Shown here one piece after another: positions 28,449-37,139 of a DNA stretch of 64,000 nucleotides (position 1 is its first letter; each line of letters opens with the position of its first letter). The DNA lies in NCBI GenBank assembly GCA_021734065.1, contig JAIPJQ010000001.1:19251-83250 (forward strand), in the 5' to 3' direction. The translations under genes were made by a program, and so were the position numbers. The stretch is from Fidelibacterota bacterium (GTDB lineage: Bacteria > Fidelibacterota > UBA8477). The notes beneath the pieces are model-generated. The model had not been told where the DNA came from and did no database searches. It was given only the letters and a program-made list of their open reading frames with translations.

Positions 28449-29321
28449 TTATACAACCAGGTAGATAAAGCGGCGTACCGCCCGGTAACTTCCCAGAATT
28501 CCCAGGATAATTCCGGTACCCAGAAGTATTAAAATGACCTCGGGAAACTGAATGAGTCGTGAGGCAAGATTCAGGCTGGTAAGCTTGATGACGCTCTCCT
28601 CAATCCCATGGATTGCCCCCATGGCCAGAACAGCGCCTAAAAATCCCTGAAAAGCGCCCTCCACCAAAAAAGGTGCACGAATGGTAAAATCAGACGCGCC
28701 AATCAAACGCATGGTCTCAATCCAGTCAAACCTGGCCAGAATAATCAATTTGATGGTATTGGAGGAAAGTAGAACAGCGGCTATAAACAAAACCAGCAGA
28801 AAAATTCCACCCACCATAGTCAGAATGCGCAGAATGGAGGTAAGTTTTAAAAACAGGGCTTTGTGAAAGGTGACGGTTTCCACGCCGGGCAATTGCTCCA
28901 AGCTGGCGGTAAACCCCGAAATATAGCCGGTATTCTGATGGTAGCGGTCAAACCCAATGCGCACAGATGGCGGGAATGGATTGTCCTGCAGAATCTCGAA
29001 GATATTTTCGCCAAACTCTTCCTGGAAAACAGCGATGGCTTCGTGTTTTGAAATGTATCGTGTGTAGACAACGCCGGGATAGGTATTACAGAATTCCAGA
29101 GCTGCCGCCTGCTGGTCACGGGTAGCATTGGGATTGTAAAATAGCTGAACATCGAAATCAGCCTGCAGATTCCGAAAATAGCTGAAGACATTATCTCCCA
29201 TCACAATGCTCACACCGATGAGGGTGAGGCTGATGGCGATGGTGACCACCGATACCACGAAAGGATATTTGGCGCGGGAAAATCCACTGAATCCTTCCCG
29301 AAAAATGAATCCCAGGTTCAC
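28449..29321 (-). CDS. ftsX: cell division ABC transporter permease-like protein FtsX
   Basis: 290 aa. One N-terminal TM helix, a periplasmic domain and three C-terminal TM helices. It lies directly downstream of ftsE with a 4-nt overlap. Confidence 0.85.
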   Translation of the reverse strand: MNLGFIFREGFSGFSRAKYPFVVSVVTIAISLTLIGVSIVMGDNVFSYFRNLQADFDVQLFYNPNATRDQQAAALEFCNTYPGVVYTRYISKHEAIAVFQEEFGENIFEILQDNPFPPSVRIGFDRYHQNTGYISGFTASLEQLPGVETVTFHKALFLKLTSILRILTMVGGIFLLVLFIAAVLLSSNTIKLIILARFDWIETMRLIGASDFTIRAPFLVEGAFQGFLGAVLAMGAIHGIEESVIKLTSLNLASRLIQFPEVILILLGTGIILGILGSYRAVRRFIYLVV

Positions 29322-29980
29322 GGTAACAATTCCCCTTTGAATTCACCATGACTTAATCGAAAGGTCCGTGCTGGTCGGTTCTTGATTAGCTCAATATTGT
29401 GGGTCGCCATAAAAACCGCGGTTCCCTTGGCATTCACCCGCCAGAGGAGATTTAAAATTTCCTGCGCCACCCCATAATCCAGATTTCCGGTGGGTTCATC
29501 CGCTAACAATACCAGTGGATCCTTGGCAATAGCCCGGGCGATGGAAACCCGCTGCTGTTCACCACCGGATAGTTCCCCGGGGAAATAGTGCTTACGATGT
29601 GTGAGTCCCACCTCCTCCAGCGTTTTTGTTACTCGCCGATCAATGTCCCGACGAGATGCACCCATGACCACCAACGGCAGTGCCACATTCTGAAAGACAT
29701 CCCGATCATTCAGGAGTTTATAGTCCTGAAAAATCATCCCCACTTTTTGGCGCAGTTTGGGGATCTGGCGTCGCTTGATGGTATTGGAATTGAACTGATC
29801 AACTTCCACATAGCCGGTGTTGGGGAAAATGTCCATATACAACATGCGCAGCAGTGTGGACTTCCCGGCGCCTGACGGACCGATGAGGTACACGAATTCA
29901 CCCCGCTGTACCTGGAAATTTATATTTTTTACACCGGCGCCACGATCATAGCGCAAACTCACATCTTTAAAGGATATCAT
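29318..29980 (-). CDS. ftsE: cell division ATP-binding protein FtsE
   Basis: 220 aa. Walker [10 protein letters not shown], signature [14 protein letters not shown] and Walker [12 protein letters not shown]. Confidence 0.9.
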   Translation of the reverse strand: MISFKDVSLRYDRGAGVKNINFQVQRGEFVYLIGPSGAGKSTLLRMLYMDIFPNTGYVEVDQFNSNTIKRRQIPKLRQKVGMIFQDYKLLNDRDVFQNVALPLVVMGASRRDIDRRVTKTLEEVGLTHRKHYFPGELSGGEQQRVSIARAIAKDPLVLLADEPTGNLDYGVAQEILNLLWRVNAKGTAVFMATHNIELIKNRPARTFRLSHGEFKGELLP

Positions 29981-30750
29981 GCTTTGCGTAAGATAACATA
30001 AAATCGTTCTGATGAACCATCTGCCGGGCGAAAATCTTCGTCATCTAAAATTTGATATTTCTTAAACGGACTTGCCTTGCACATGGCTTTCACTTCCTCC
30101 AAATCATAGGCGCGCTGGAGGTGTTCCTCTACCTGGATCTCTGTGGGAGAGATCTCAAATGTGAAAATCGTCGAAGCGATTCTGGTACCACTGTCATAAT
30201 CGGTTACCCGCTCATAACCACCCGATTCGTCTGAGAAAATTTCCCTGTACCCTTTGAAATGATTCTCGCATAACAACGGTGTCACCACATCAGCGATCAA
30301 CCAACCCTCCGGACGGAGCAGATCGTGGGCATGTTGAAAAAAGGTATTCACTACGCCAGCATCAGGTAAATAATTCAAACCGTCATGGAGATTGATCATG
30401 AGATCGAATGGCTTGGAATATTGAATGTCCCGCATATCCCCCACTGTCAATTCAATTCCATCCGCCAGTCCTGCCTGGTGAACCTTCTTCCGCGCTTCCC
30501 CTATCATTTCTGGACTAATATCCACTCCCGACACCTGCATTCCGGCACGCGCAAACCGGATGGCCATGGAACCCGTTCCGCAAGATACATCTAAAAGTGT
30601 TTTCACCGAACCATCTTCCCGGATGAAATTTAAAATGTCTTCCACCCAGATATCGTAATCGATATAATCCATTAGCTGATCGTAATAAGGAGCCAGCCGT
30701 TTATAGGGTGGAATGATGGTCCGGATGATTTCAGGTTCTTTGGCACGCAT
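29977..30750 (-). CDS. class I SAM-dependent methyltransferase
   Basis: 257 aa. Motif I LLDVSCGTGSMAIRFARAG, plus VGDMRDI and DLMINLHDGLNY. Confidence 0.8.
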   Translation of the reverse strand: MRAKEPEIIRTIIPPYKRLAPYYDQLMDYIDYDIWVEDILNFIREDGSVKTLLDVSCGTGSMAIRFARAGMQVSGVDISPEMIGEARKKVHQAGLADGIELTVGDMRDIQYSKPFDLMINLHDGLNYLPDAGVVNTFFQHAHDLLRPEGWLIADVVTPLLCENHFKGYREIFSDESGGYERVTDYDSGTRIASTIFTFEISPTEIQVEEHLQRAYDLEEVKAMCKASPFKKYQILDDEDFRPADGSSERFYVILRKA

Positions 30751-30776
30751 GGGTTTAAAAGTGATTCTACATGGTT

Positions 30777-31763
30777 TTAAAGGTTTTGATACAAATAGAA
30801 ATAAAAGAATACATAGCTTCCCAGGAAAATGACACCGGCCAATCGACCAATACGGTTTCGTAGCAATAACACCATCAATACGATGGATAATCCCAGCATG
30901 AACAGGTATTCAAAGTGGGGAAAATATTCGGTCAGGATTCCATTCGGATTCACGCGGGTTTCGTTCACCTTCAGGGGCTTGAAAACACTGACACCACCCA
31001 TGATGAACAGGACATTGAAAATATTGCTCCCCACAATATTCCCCAGAGAGATATCACTGTGCTTACGGAAAGCGGCTACCATGGAGGTCGCTAATTCGGG
31101 TAACGAGGTCCCTAACGCCACGATTGTGAGACCGATAATAACTTCCGGAATGTAGTAAAATTCGGCCAGCCAAATGGCGCTGTCCACAAAGAGCCGGGAA
31201 CCGAGCATTAAACCAAAGATCCCAAAGATGACCAGCGCGATGCTTTTTAGCAGGTTATCCGAAACCTCATCCACCGGTTCAACGACAGCTTCATCCGGAT
31301 GATTATACAGGTAGTAGATATATCCCAGCAGGATCATCACCATGAAAATTCCCTGCCAGCGACTGACGATACCATCCAACGCGAACAGATAGAGCAAAAT
31401 GACCACAGCGATCATCACCGCCAACTGGCGATACATGGTTCGAAACGAGACTACGATTGGAAATACTAAAGCGCTAAGCCCCAGAATCAGGCCGATATTG
31501 GTGATATTGCTGCCAATGATATTCCCGATGGCAATGGTTGATGAACCCTGCATGGCAGCAAAAAAGCTCACCACAAATTCCGGCAGGCTGGTTCCAAACG
31601 CCACAATCGTAAGTCCTACCACCAACGGCCGGACGCCAAACCGGCGAGCGATCTGCGCGCCGCCCCGGACCAGCCAGTCAGCCCCGTAAAACAATAACCC
31701 TACACTAATCAGAATGAATATATAGCTACTTACCGGTCCATAGCTGTTTAATAAGGAGGTCAT
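30777..31763 (-). CDS. calcium/sodium antiporter (CaCA family, YrbG-like)
   Basis: 328 aa and polytopic. It carries duplicated alpha-repeats GTSLPEFVVS and GTSLPELATS, with GNIIGSNITN and GNIVGSNIFN. Confidence 0.85.
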   Translation of the reverse strand: MTSLLNSYGPVSSYIFILISVGLLFYGADWLVRGGAQIARRFGVRPLVVGLTIVAFGTSLPEFVVSFFAAMQGSSTIAIGNIIGSNITNIGLILGLSALVFPIVVSFRTMYRQLAVMIAVVILLYLFALDGIVSRWQGIFMVMILLGYIYYLYNHPDEAVVEPVDEVSDNLLKSIALVIFGIFGLMLGSRLFVDSAIWLAEFYYIPEVIIGLTIVALGTSLPELATSMVAAFRKHSDISLGNIVGSNIFNVLFIMGGVSVFKPLKVNETRVNPNGILTEYFPHFEYLFMLGLSIVLMVLLLRNRIGRLAGVIFLGSYVFFYFYLYQNL

Positions 31764-32353
31764 GGAATGCGATATAATCCATTGGCTTCAATGTAATCAT
31801 AAACCGCATCGTTGATGTAAAATCGCGTCATTTGCCCTTTCAGAAATCGTTCCCGCACTTCCGTGCTGGAGATTTCAATTCTGGGTAGGTTGAGGAACAA
31901 AACCTGTTCCAGAATTTCAGGATCAATAGCCTCTTTTTCAAAACGTGGACGCCGGGCGACCACCACTTTGCATTCCTGCAAAATGTCCCGCCAGTGGTAC
32001 CAGGATTTAAACTCAGCCAGGGAATCGGACCCGATAAGAAAATAGATTTCCTCAGCGTTCAATTGATTGTCCGCTTTGATTTGTCGGATGGTTTCAATCG
32101 TGTAGGAAATGCCACCACGCTGGATTTCAATGTCACTAATTTCAAAATGCTCATCGGAACGCGTGCATAATTCAAGCATGGCCAGGCGATGTTCAACGGG
32201 TGTAATCGGAAATTGGGTATATTTGTGAGGTGGATTATAGGCGGGCACAAAGATTATTTTATTCAAATCCAGCGTCTGACGAATTGCGTCTGCAATGATA
32301 AAGTGACCATTATGAGGCGGATCAAATGTCCCGCCGAAAAGGCACATCTTCAA
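31760..32353 (-). CDS. nadD: nicotinate-nucleotide adenylyltransferase
   Basis: 197 aa. FGGTFDPPHNGH, then ISSTEVRE near the C-terminus. Confidence 0.9.
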   Translation of the reverse strand: MKMCLFGGTFDPPHNGHFIIADAIRQTLDLNKIIFVPAYNPPHKYTQFPITPVEHRLAMLELCTRSDEHFEISDIEIQRGGISYTIETIRQIKADNQLNAEEIYFLIGSDSLAEFKSWYHWRDILQECKVVVARRPRFEKEAIDPEILEQVLFLNLPRIEISSTEVRERFLKGQMTRFYINDAVYDYIEANGLYRIP

Positions 32354-32365
32354 GCACCGTACTCC

Positions 32366-33142
32366 TTAATCGGACGCCTCTGCCCGTCTCTCCTGCAGCT
32401 CTTCGTAGGCGCGGGTGAGTTGTTTTCGACTGGACTTTTCCAAGTCCTCCGGATTCACCTGGCGCATGATCTGCTCAGCCTCATCCAGCTCGTTTTTACC
32501 AACCAGGGCTTCCGCTTTTGCCACCAGCGCTGCTTCGCGGTAGGTTGTGTCATAATACAAATCTAAAATTTCATTGAAATAGAGTAACGCTGAATCCCAC
32601 TCCCGCAGCTTCAGGTAAAGTATCCCGGATCCATACAGCTTATGCGCCAGTTTCTCCCGAATCTCCACAATATGTTCAGTCGCCCGGGGCACATGTTCAC
32701 TTTGCGGGAACAGGTCAATGAAGTTTTGCATCTCTTTCAGCGCTCGTTTTGTAAGGGTCTGATCTAACCGGTAGTCGGGTGATAACAGGTAGTAACTTTC
32801 CGCCTTTCGCCAACTGGCTTGTTCAACGAAGGGCGAGTTAGGCATACGGTTGATCAATCGATTGTATTCATCGATGGCAATAAGGTACTCTTCCCGGAAA
32901 TAATGAGTTTCTGCAAGCTGGAACTGAGCATCATCAGCGTACACACCCACCGGATCGTTGTACACGATGAAGGTGAAGGTCTCCTCCGCTCTCAGCCAGT
33001 TTTTCTTCTCCATGAGTTCCAGACCTTTTTCGTATTCCTGCTCAATGTTATTCACATCAAACTGGGGCTTGGATCCTGCGCAACCCTGGAAAATCCACAG
33101 GGTAAGCAGGCTCAGAACAGTCAGCTTTATCCATTTTACCAT
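32366..33142 (-). CDS. bamD: outer membrane protein assembly factor BamD (TPR lipoprotein)
   Basis: Lipobox LWIFQGC followed by YfiO/BamD-type TPR helices (YEKGLELMEKKNWLRAEETF, AQFQLAETHYFREEYLIAIDEY). The ATG at 33142 is preceded by AGAGAGGGA. The track ORF starts 7 codons earlier. Confidence 0.8.
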   Translation of the reverse strand: MVKWIKLTVLSLLTLWIFQGCAGSKPQFDVNNIEQEYEKGLELMEKKNWLRAEETFTFIVYNDPVGVYADDAQFQLAETHYFREEYLIAIDEYNRLINRMPNSPFVEQASWRKAESYYLLSPDYRLDQTLTKRALKEMQNFIDLFPQSEHVPRATEHIVEIREKLAHKLYGSGILYLKLREWDSALLYFNEILDLYYDTTYREAALVAKAEALVGKNELDEAEQIMRQVNPEDLEKSSRKQLTRAYEELQERRAEASD

Positions 33143-33173
33143 AAAGTTTAATCCCTCTCTCATCGCGTCTGGT

Positions 33174-33920
33174 TCAGAATGTCACCACAACCTGGAGACC
33201 GCGTCGGTTAATGTGGGTATCGGGTAGAAGTGTGGCTTGCCAATTTTTACTTGCATAGGTGGTAATATCGGTACCGATAGCCGCTTCGAAAGCGCTAATC
33301 AGATGGTTGAACATGAGTATCGTCACGGTATGCTTGGCTTTTTTACCATAATCATTGGCGGCTCGGCGCATGAGCGAATACTCGTATTTATGAGGTGTTA
33401 ATAATTCACCATGGGCGGTAGAATCAATGTTGTCTTTGTCGTAATCATCCCAGCCGCAGATGAATTCGTTGTACTTCCCGACGTTCTCGTAATAATGCCT
33501 GTCCTTTACCGGATATTTAATGCCGTCGATGGTCTCATAATCCATGGCGTGCGTCTGGATAAATCCACAGTGATGCACCTGCCCGTTAATAATCGTTTCC
33601 TCTGAAAGCCACAGGTCAAAATCCCAGTATATATCCACAAAATTCTGATAGTCGGTAATCGCCTGTCGCTCCTGTTTTAGATAGAAATAATGCCCCGAAA
33701 TCATACCGGCTTCTACCAGCGCGAAGGCCGCGGCGCGTTTATAATGCCCTTCACTCAACTGTCCCCAGCCCGGAAGAACGAGAGATTTAACAAAATTCGC
33801 CTGCATCTCACGCGGTAGCGGCTGGGGCTCACCATCCAGGCTTCCGACAAACTGAGCCATACCCAGAGAAACGCTTGTCAATAGCACCAAAATTCTTGCA
33901 ATCAGTGAATGTCGTATCAT
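33174..33920 (-). CDS. hypothetical secreted/outer-membrane protein with DUF5683-like N-terminal motif
   Basis: 248 aa with a signal peptide. The motif SLVLPGWGQLSEGHYKRAAAFALVEAG resembles the PG(L/W)GQ motif of DUF5683. The C-terminus ends ...LQVVVTF (aromatic terminal residue). Its start overlaps the upstream stop (TAATG). Confidence 0.5.
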   Translation of the reverse strand: MIRHSLIARILVLLTSVSLGMAQFVGSLDGEPQPLPREMQANFVKSLVLPGWGQLSEGHYKRAAAFALVEAGMISGHYFYLKQERQAITDYQNFVDIYWDFDLWLSEETIINGQVHHCGFIQTHAMDYETIDGIKYPVKDRHYYENVGKYNEFICGWDDYDKDNIDSTAHGELLTPHKYEYSLMRRAANDYGKKAKHTVTILMFNHLISAFEAAIGTDITTYASKNWQATLLPDTHINRRGLQVVVTF

Positions 33921-36900
33921 TACTCAAACCCAAACAAAATTCGCCAGTAATAGCGCATTTCCCGGCCATACTGGTAGGTCGTTTCTGTCGTTTGTACCGA
34001 GAGTGGATCCAGCCCATAGTAACCGGAAAATTCGATTGCAGTGGGATACCCATAGAAGGAGAATCCACTCAATCGTAATTCCAGTCCCACATCCTTACGC
34101 CAGCGCGAATTGCCCAGGTCATTCTGGATCAGGCTGGAAATTTCTCGCGGTGAATCCAATCTGGCGCCAGCGTCGCCTGTCCAGGCGCTGCCAATCTGTC
34201 CCACAATACCCAGATAAATATCCTGTAGCGCAAATTGTGCCACAGGCAGGTACAGATCTCGCATCAGGGGGAATCTCAGCGTTCCGGTAAACACCGCTTT
34301 CCGGGTTCCGCTCAATCCATAGAACGGATATCCCCGTAAACCCGGCAGACCGCCCCCGAAGTCATAGAAAAAATCATCCAAATGATTATGCGGGATAATT
34401 GTCATGTCGGTATTTAATGACAAAACGGTTTTTGAATTCTGCCCCAGACGCTTGCCGTAAAAATACTTCATATCCAGCCGCTGGTAGTGGTAGAGATTAT
34501 AGATTTCACCCCAACTGCCCGTGTCCTCATTGTACCCGAACTGGTCCATGAAATTATGGTAATTGTCACGCAACGAAATATCAAATTGAACACCGGAAGG
34601 ATTAATGCTGCTTTCCTGCCGTACGGCTAACCCGGCGAACCGATAGTGCAATCCCCAATCAACCCCCTTAAAATAGTCATAGGATAAGCCGCCTACAGCG
34701 AGATTCCCATCATCACCAGGCAAAGGAATCAAATGGTCATCAATGTAAGTATTGTAAGTCCCCGCAGTGATATCTGCGTCCAAATAATGGGTATCCGGTA
34801 ATCGTACCGCGGCTTTCAGCGTCGCCGCTGTCAGTCTAAATTTGATATCAGACTCTGCAGTATACACGTTGTTGTAGTAAATTAATTCTTCCCGCGTATT
34901 GCGGGTCATGTGATAGACTTCCAGCGACAGTGTTGGTAAAAAACCATGGTATTCCGCCAACAAAAACAGATCTGAATCGCCATTCAGACCAATGTCACCA
35001 CCGCCCATTAGAAGATAGTTATCCAAAATTTCATTGGAAAAGAAATAGAGTCCGGGTTTTACAACCGTCTTGTTTTTAGACTTGTCAATGTCCACCTGGA
35101 CCCGCGGCAAAATGAACATGGGACCATACCGCAATTCATACGGGACATGGGATAATGGTTTTTCATGCCGAGTCCAATCCTTCGCAGGCAGATCACGCCG
35201 GAAAAAAACCGGCATGGAAGGTGCGCCGTAACCAGTCCGGGCAATGGATTCGTCGTAAAAATCGCTTTGGTCTAATTTTGCGATATTAAAACCCAGACTG
35301 TCGTACAATGAATAAACCAGCTTTTCACCGTGTAATTCCGGCTGAAAAGCCCCGCCCACCACATGGGTCAGTGCTGCTTCCCTGCCCGTCTTCAGGTCAC
35401 GCTCATAAATATTAAACACACCTGAACGGTCATGAGCATAGATCAGTGTCGTTTCATTTAATGGATAGGGGTCTCTCTCATCCCATTCGTTCTCCAGCAG
35501 CGGTTCCCAGGAATTCGCATCCAGATCAAAAATACCAATGTCCCGATTATACGTGGTCACATAGTCGAACACGATGCGCGTATTGTCCACCCATCGGGGG
35601 GTAAAAACCTGTGTTCCCGGCAGCATGCGGGTGAGTGTAATAGATGAATCCGGGTGGTCAGGAAACGTCATTTTCAGATTATTGGTACCATCATGCAATC
35701 CGACATAAACAATTTTGCTGCCATCCGGTGACCAGGCCGGATTCTTGGCACGCTCGCCAAAGGTGAGTTGCTTCTCGCTGCTATCCGGATGGATGGAACG
35801 AACGAATAGATCATTGAAGCGTGACCCTGTCAAGGCAAAGCTGCACCGGTCACAATTCTGCTGATGCTTCAGACTTGCCGGGTGCTGATGTGCGGGGAAT
35901 CCGGGTGATGATGAGTTGCGCATGGCCGGCGGAACCACCAGTCCTCCGTCCCAGAAATTTTTTCGGCTGATTACCACGCGCTCACCATCCGGGGCCCAGT
36001 CAAATCCTTCCGCTCCCGGCACCAGCAACAGCGGCTCATCACCATCCCGCTTCAGGTAGAATCCCGTAAGCGACATGTAACTCTGACCGGCATTACTGAT
36101 AAAACCCAGAATGCTATCACCTGGTGCCAAACGGGGATGACTATTGGTGGCGCCGTCACGCTGAATAATATGCACCGGTGTGCGCTGTGGATCGGTGATG
36201 AGCGCTGCATAGGTCTTCTGTAACGAATCTTGCCAGGTAGTATGAAGTTGACGCTTAGATAAGCCGGTTTCGGCAGCAACCGCCTGGTAAAAGGAATAAT
36301 TCACCGGGGAACTCAGTCTCCGGGTAATCCGGTCCAGGATATCTTCACCCCAGTGTTTCGATAAAAAGTGAACCAGATTGAAGCCCTGATTATACACCGC
36401 CTCATTTTTCACACCCTCCTTGCCAAAGCTGTTGATTTCCGTGAAGGAGGGGATTTCATCATGGTAAATCCGGTCCCGGATTATCATATCGCGAATACTA
36501 TCCCACCAATCGTAGCGTGTGGCATTGGATTGGTACTGGGCGACGCCTTCTGCCCACCACATGGGGACCACCACGCCCGGCAACGGATAGGACATGATTC
36601 CATTGGGGTAACCATAGAGAACATCATCGCGGCGTTCCGGCTCGTATTGGATGACCTGGAAATAAGCCGCCGGGACATTCCGGCCAAACTTGCGGGCAGC
36701 CCGCAGGGAGATGATGTGCGTAAATTCGTGGGTCAGGACATCCCGGAGCCAGTAATGCGAACCGCGCAGGGAATAATCCAGCGGCATTGCCCAAATCTCA
36801 ATCTTGTTGTCATAGTAATAAGCGCCGCCATTGGCGTAATCATCCGTATCGCGAATGATGAGCTGGGTTTTTTCAGAAGGCTCGTAGTTATAGACCGCGG

Positions 36901-37123
36901 TAATGGCCGGATAAATATCTTCAGCAATAAGGAGTGCTTCATTCGCCGTCCATTCCGTCCCGTCATGATAGTGAAGGATAAAATGTTCGCTTTCAATGGT
37001 GTGCCAATTCAATTCGGGGTGGTTATAGCCAAACTGTCCCAGAATCATGATCGGTGTTAGAATGACCAGCAGCAGGACTTGAAACAGGTGCAGATGGGGA
37101 AATGGGTGGAATCGGGAATTCAT
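33920..37123 (-). CDS. chimeric outer-membrane protein: MA-clan metallopeptidase-like domain + TolB-like (PD40) propeller + Omp85-family beta-barrel
   Basis: 1067 aa. HEFTH lies at aa 132-136 (nt 36716-36730), with a downstream WWAEGVAQY gluzincin-type Glu. PD40-like repeats include NPAWSPDGSKIVYV and FDWAPDGERVVIS. The C-terminal ~390 aa has alternating beta-strand character. It carries the Omp85 loop-6-like motif FGGGLPGLRGYPFYGLSGTRKAVFTGTLRFPL (LRGY at nt 34328-34339). Confidence 0.7.
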   Translation of the reverse strand: MNSRFHPFPHLHLFQVLLLVILTPIMILGQFGYNHPELNWHTIESEHFILHYHDGTEWTANEALLIAEDIYPAITAVYNYEPSEKTQLIIRDTDDYANGGAYYYDNKIEIWAMPLDYSLRGSHYWLRDVLTHEFTHIISLRAARKFGRNVPAAYFQVIQYEPERRDDVLYGYPNGIMSYPLPGVVVPMWWAEGVAQYQSNATRYDWWDSIRDMIIRDRIYHDEIPSFTEINSFGKEGVKNEAVYNQGFNLVHFLSKHWGEDILDRITRRLSSPVNYSFYQAVAAETGLSKRQLHTTWQDSLQKTYAALITDPQRTPVHIIQRDGATNSHPRLAPGDSILGFISNAGQSYMSLTGFYLKRDGDEPLLLVPGAEGFDWAPDGERVVISRKNFWDGGLVVPPAMRNSSSPGFPAHQHPASLKHQQNCDRCSFALTGSRFNDLFVRSIHPDSSEKQLTFGERAKNPAWSPDGSKIVYVGLHDGTNNLKMTFPDHPDSSITLTRMLPGTQVFTPRWVDNTRIVFDYVTTYNRDIGIFDLDANSWEPLLENEWDERDPYPLNETTLIYAHDRSGVFNIYERDLKTGREAALTHVVGGAFQPELHGEKLVYSLYDSLGFNIAKLDQSDFYDESIARTGYGAPSMPVFFRRDLPAKDWTRHEKPLSHVPYELRYGPMFILPRVQVDIDKSKNKTVVKPGLYFFSNEILDNYLLMGGGDIGLNGDSDLFLLAEYHGFLPTLSLEVYHMTRNTREELIYYNNVYTAESDIKFRLTAATLKAAVRLPDTHYLDADITAGTYNTYIDDHLIPLPGDDGNLAVGGLSYDYFKGVDWGLHYRFAGLAVRQESSINPSGVQFDISLRDNYHNFMDQFGYNEDTGSWGEIYNLYHYQRLDMKYFYGKRLGQNSKTVLSLNTDMTIIPHNHLDDFFYDFGGGLPGLRGYPFYGLSGTRKAVFTGTLRFPLMRDLYLPVAQFALQDIYLGIVGQIGSAWTGDAGARLDSPREISSLIQNDLGNSRWRKDVGLELRLSGFSFYGYPTAIEFSGYYGLDPLSVQTTETTYQYGREMRYYWRILFGFE

Positions 37124-37139
37124 TGGTGAAGAAATCGTA

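Noticed and set aside
36368-37060. 230-aa plus-strand ORF antisense to the 1067-aa gene. Similar long antisense ORFs lie at 44783-45604 (273 aa), 41494-42243 (249 aa), 55439-55942 (167 aa) and 5072-5494 (140 aa).
   Set aside because: Each lies entirely inside, or across, minus-strand genes with clear family motifs. Their translations are low-complexity (Ile/His/Arg/Phe-rich) with no motifs. None has a convincing RBS or promoter. They are the expected shadow frames of strongly codon-biased genes.
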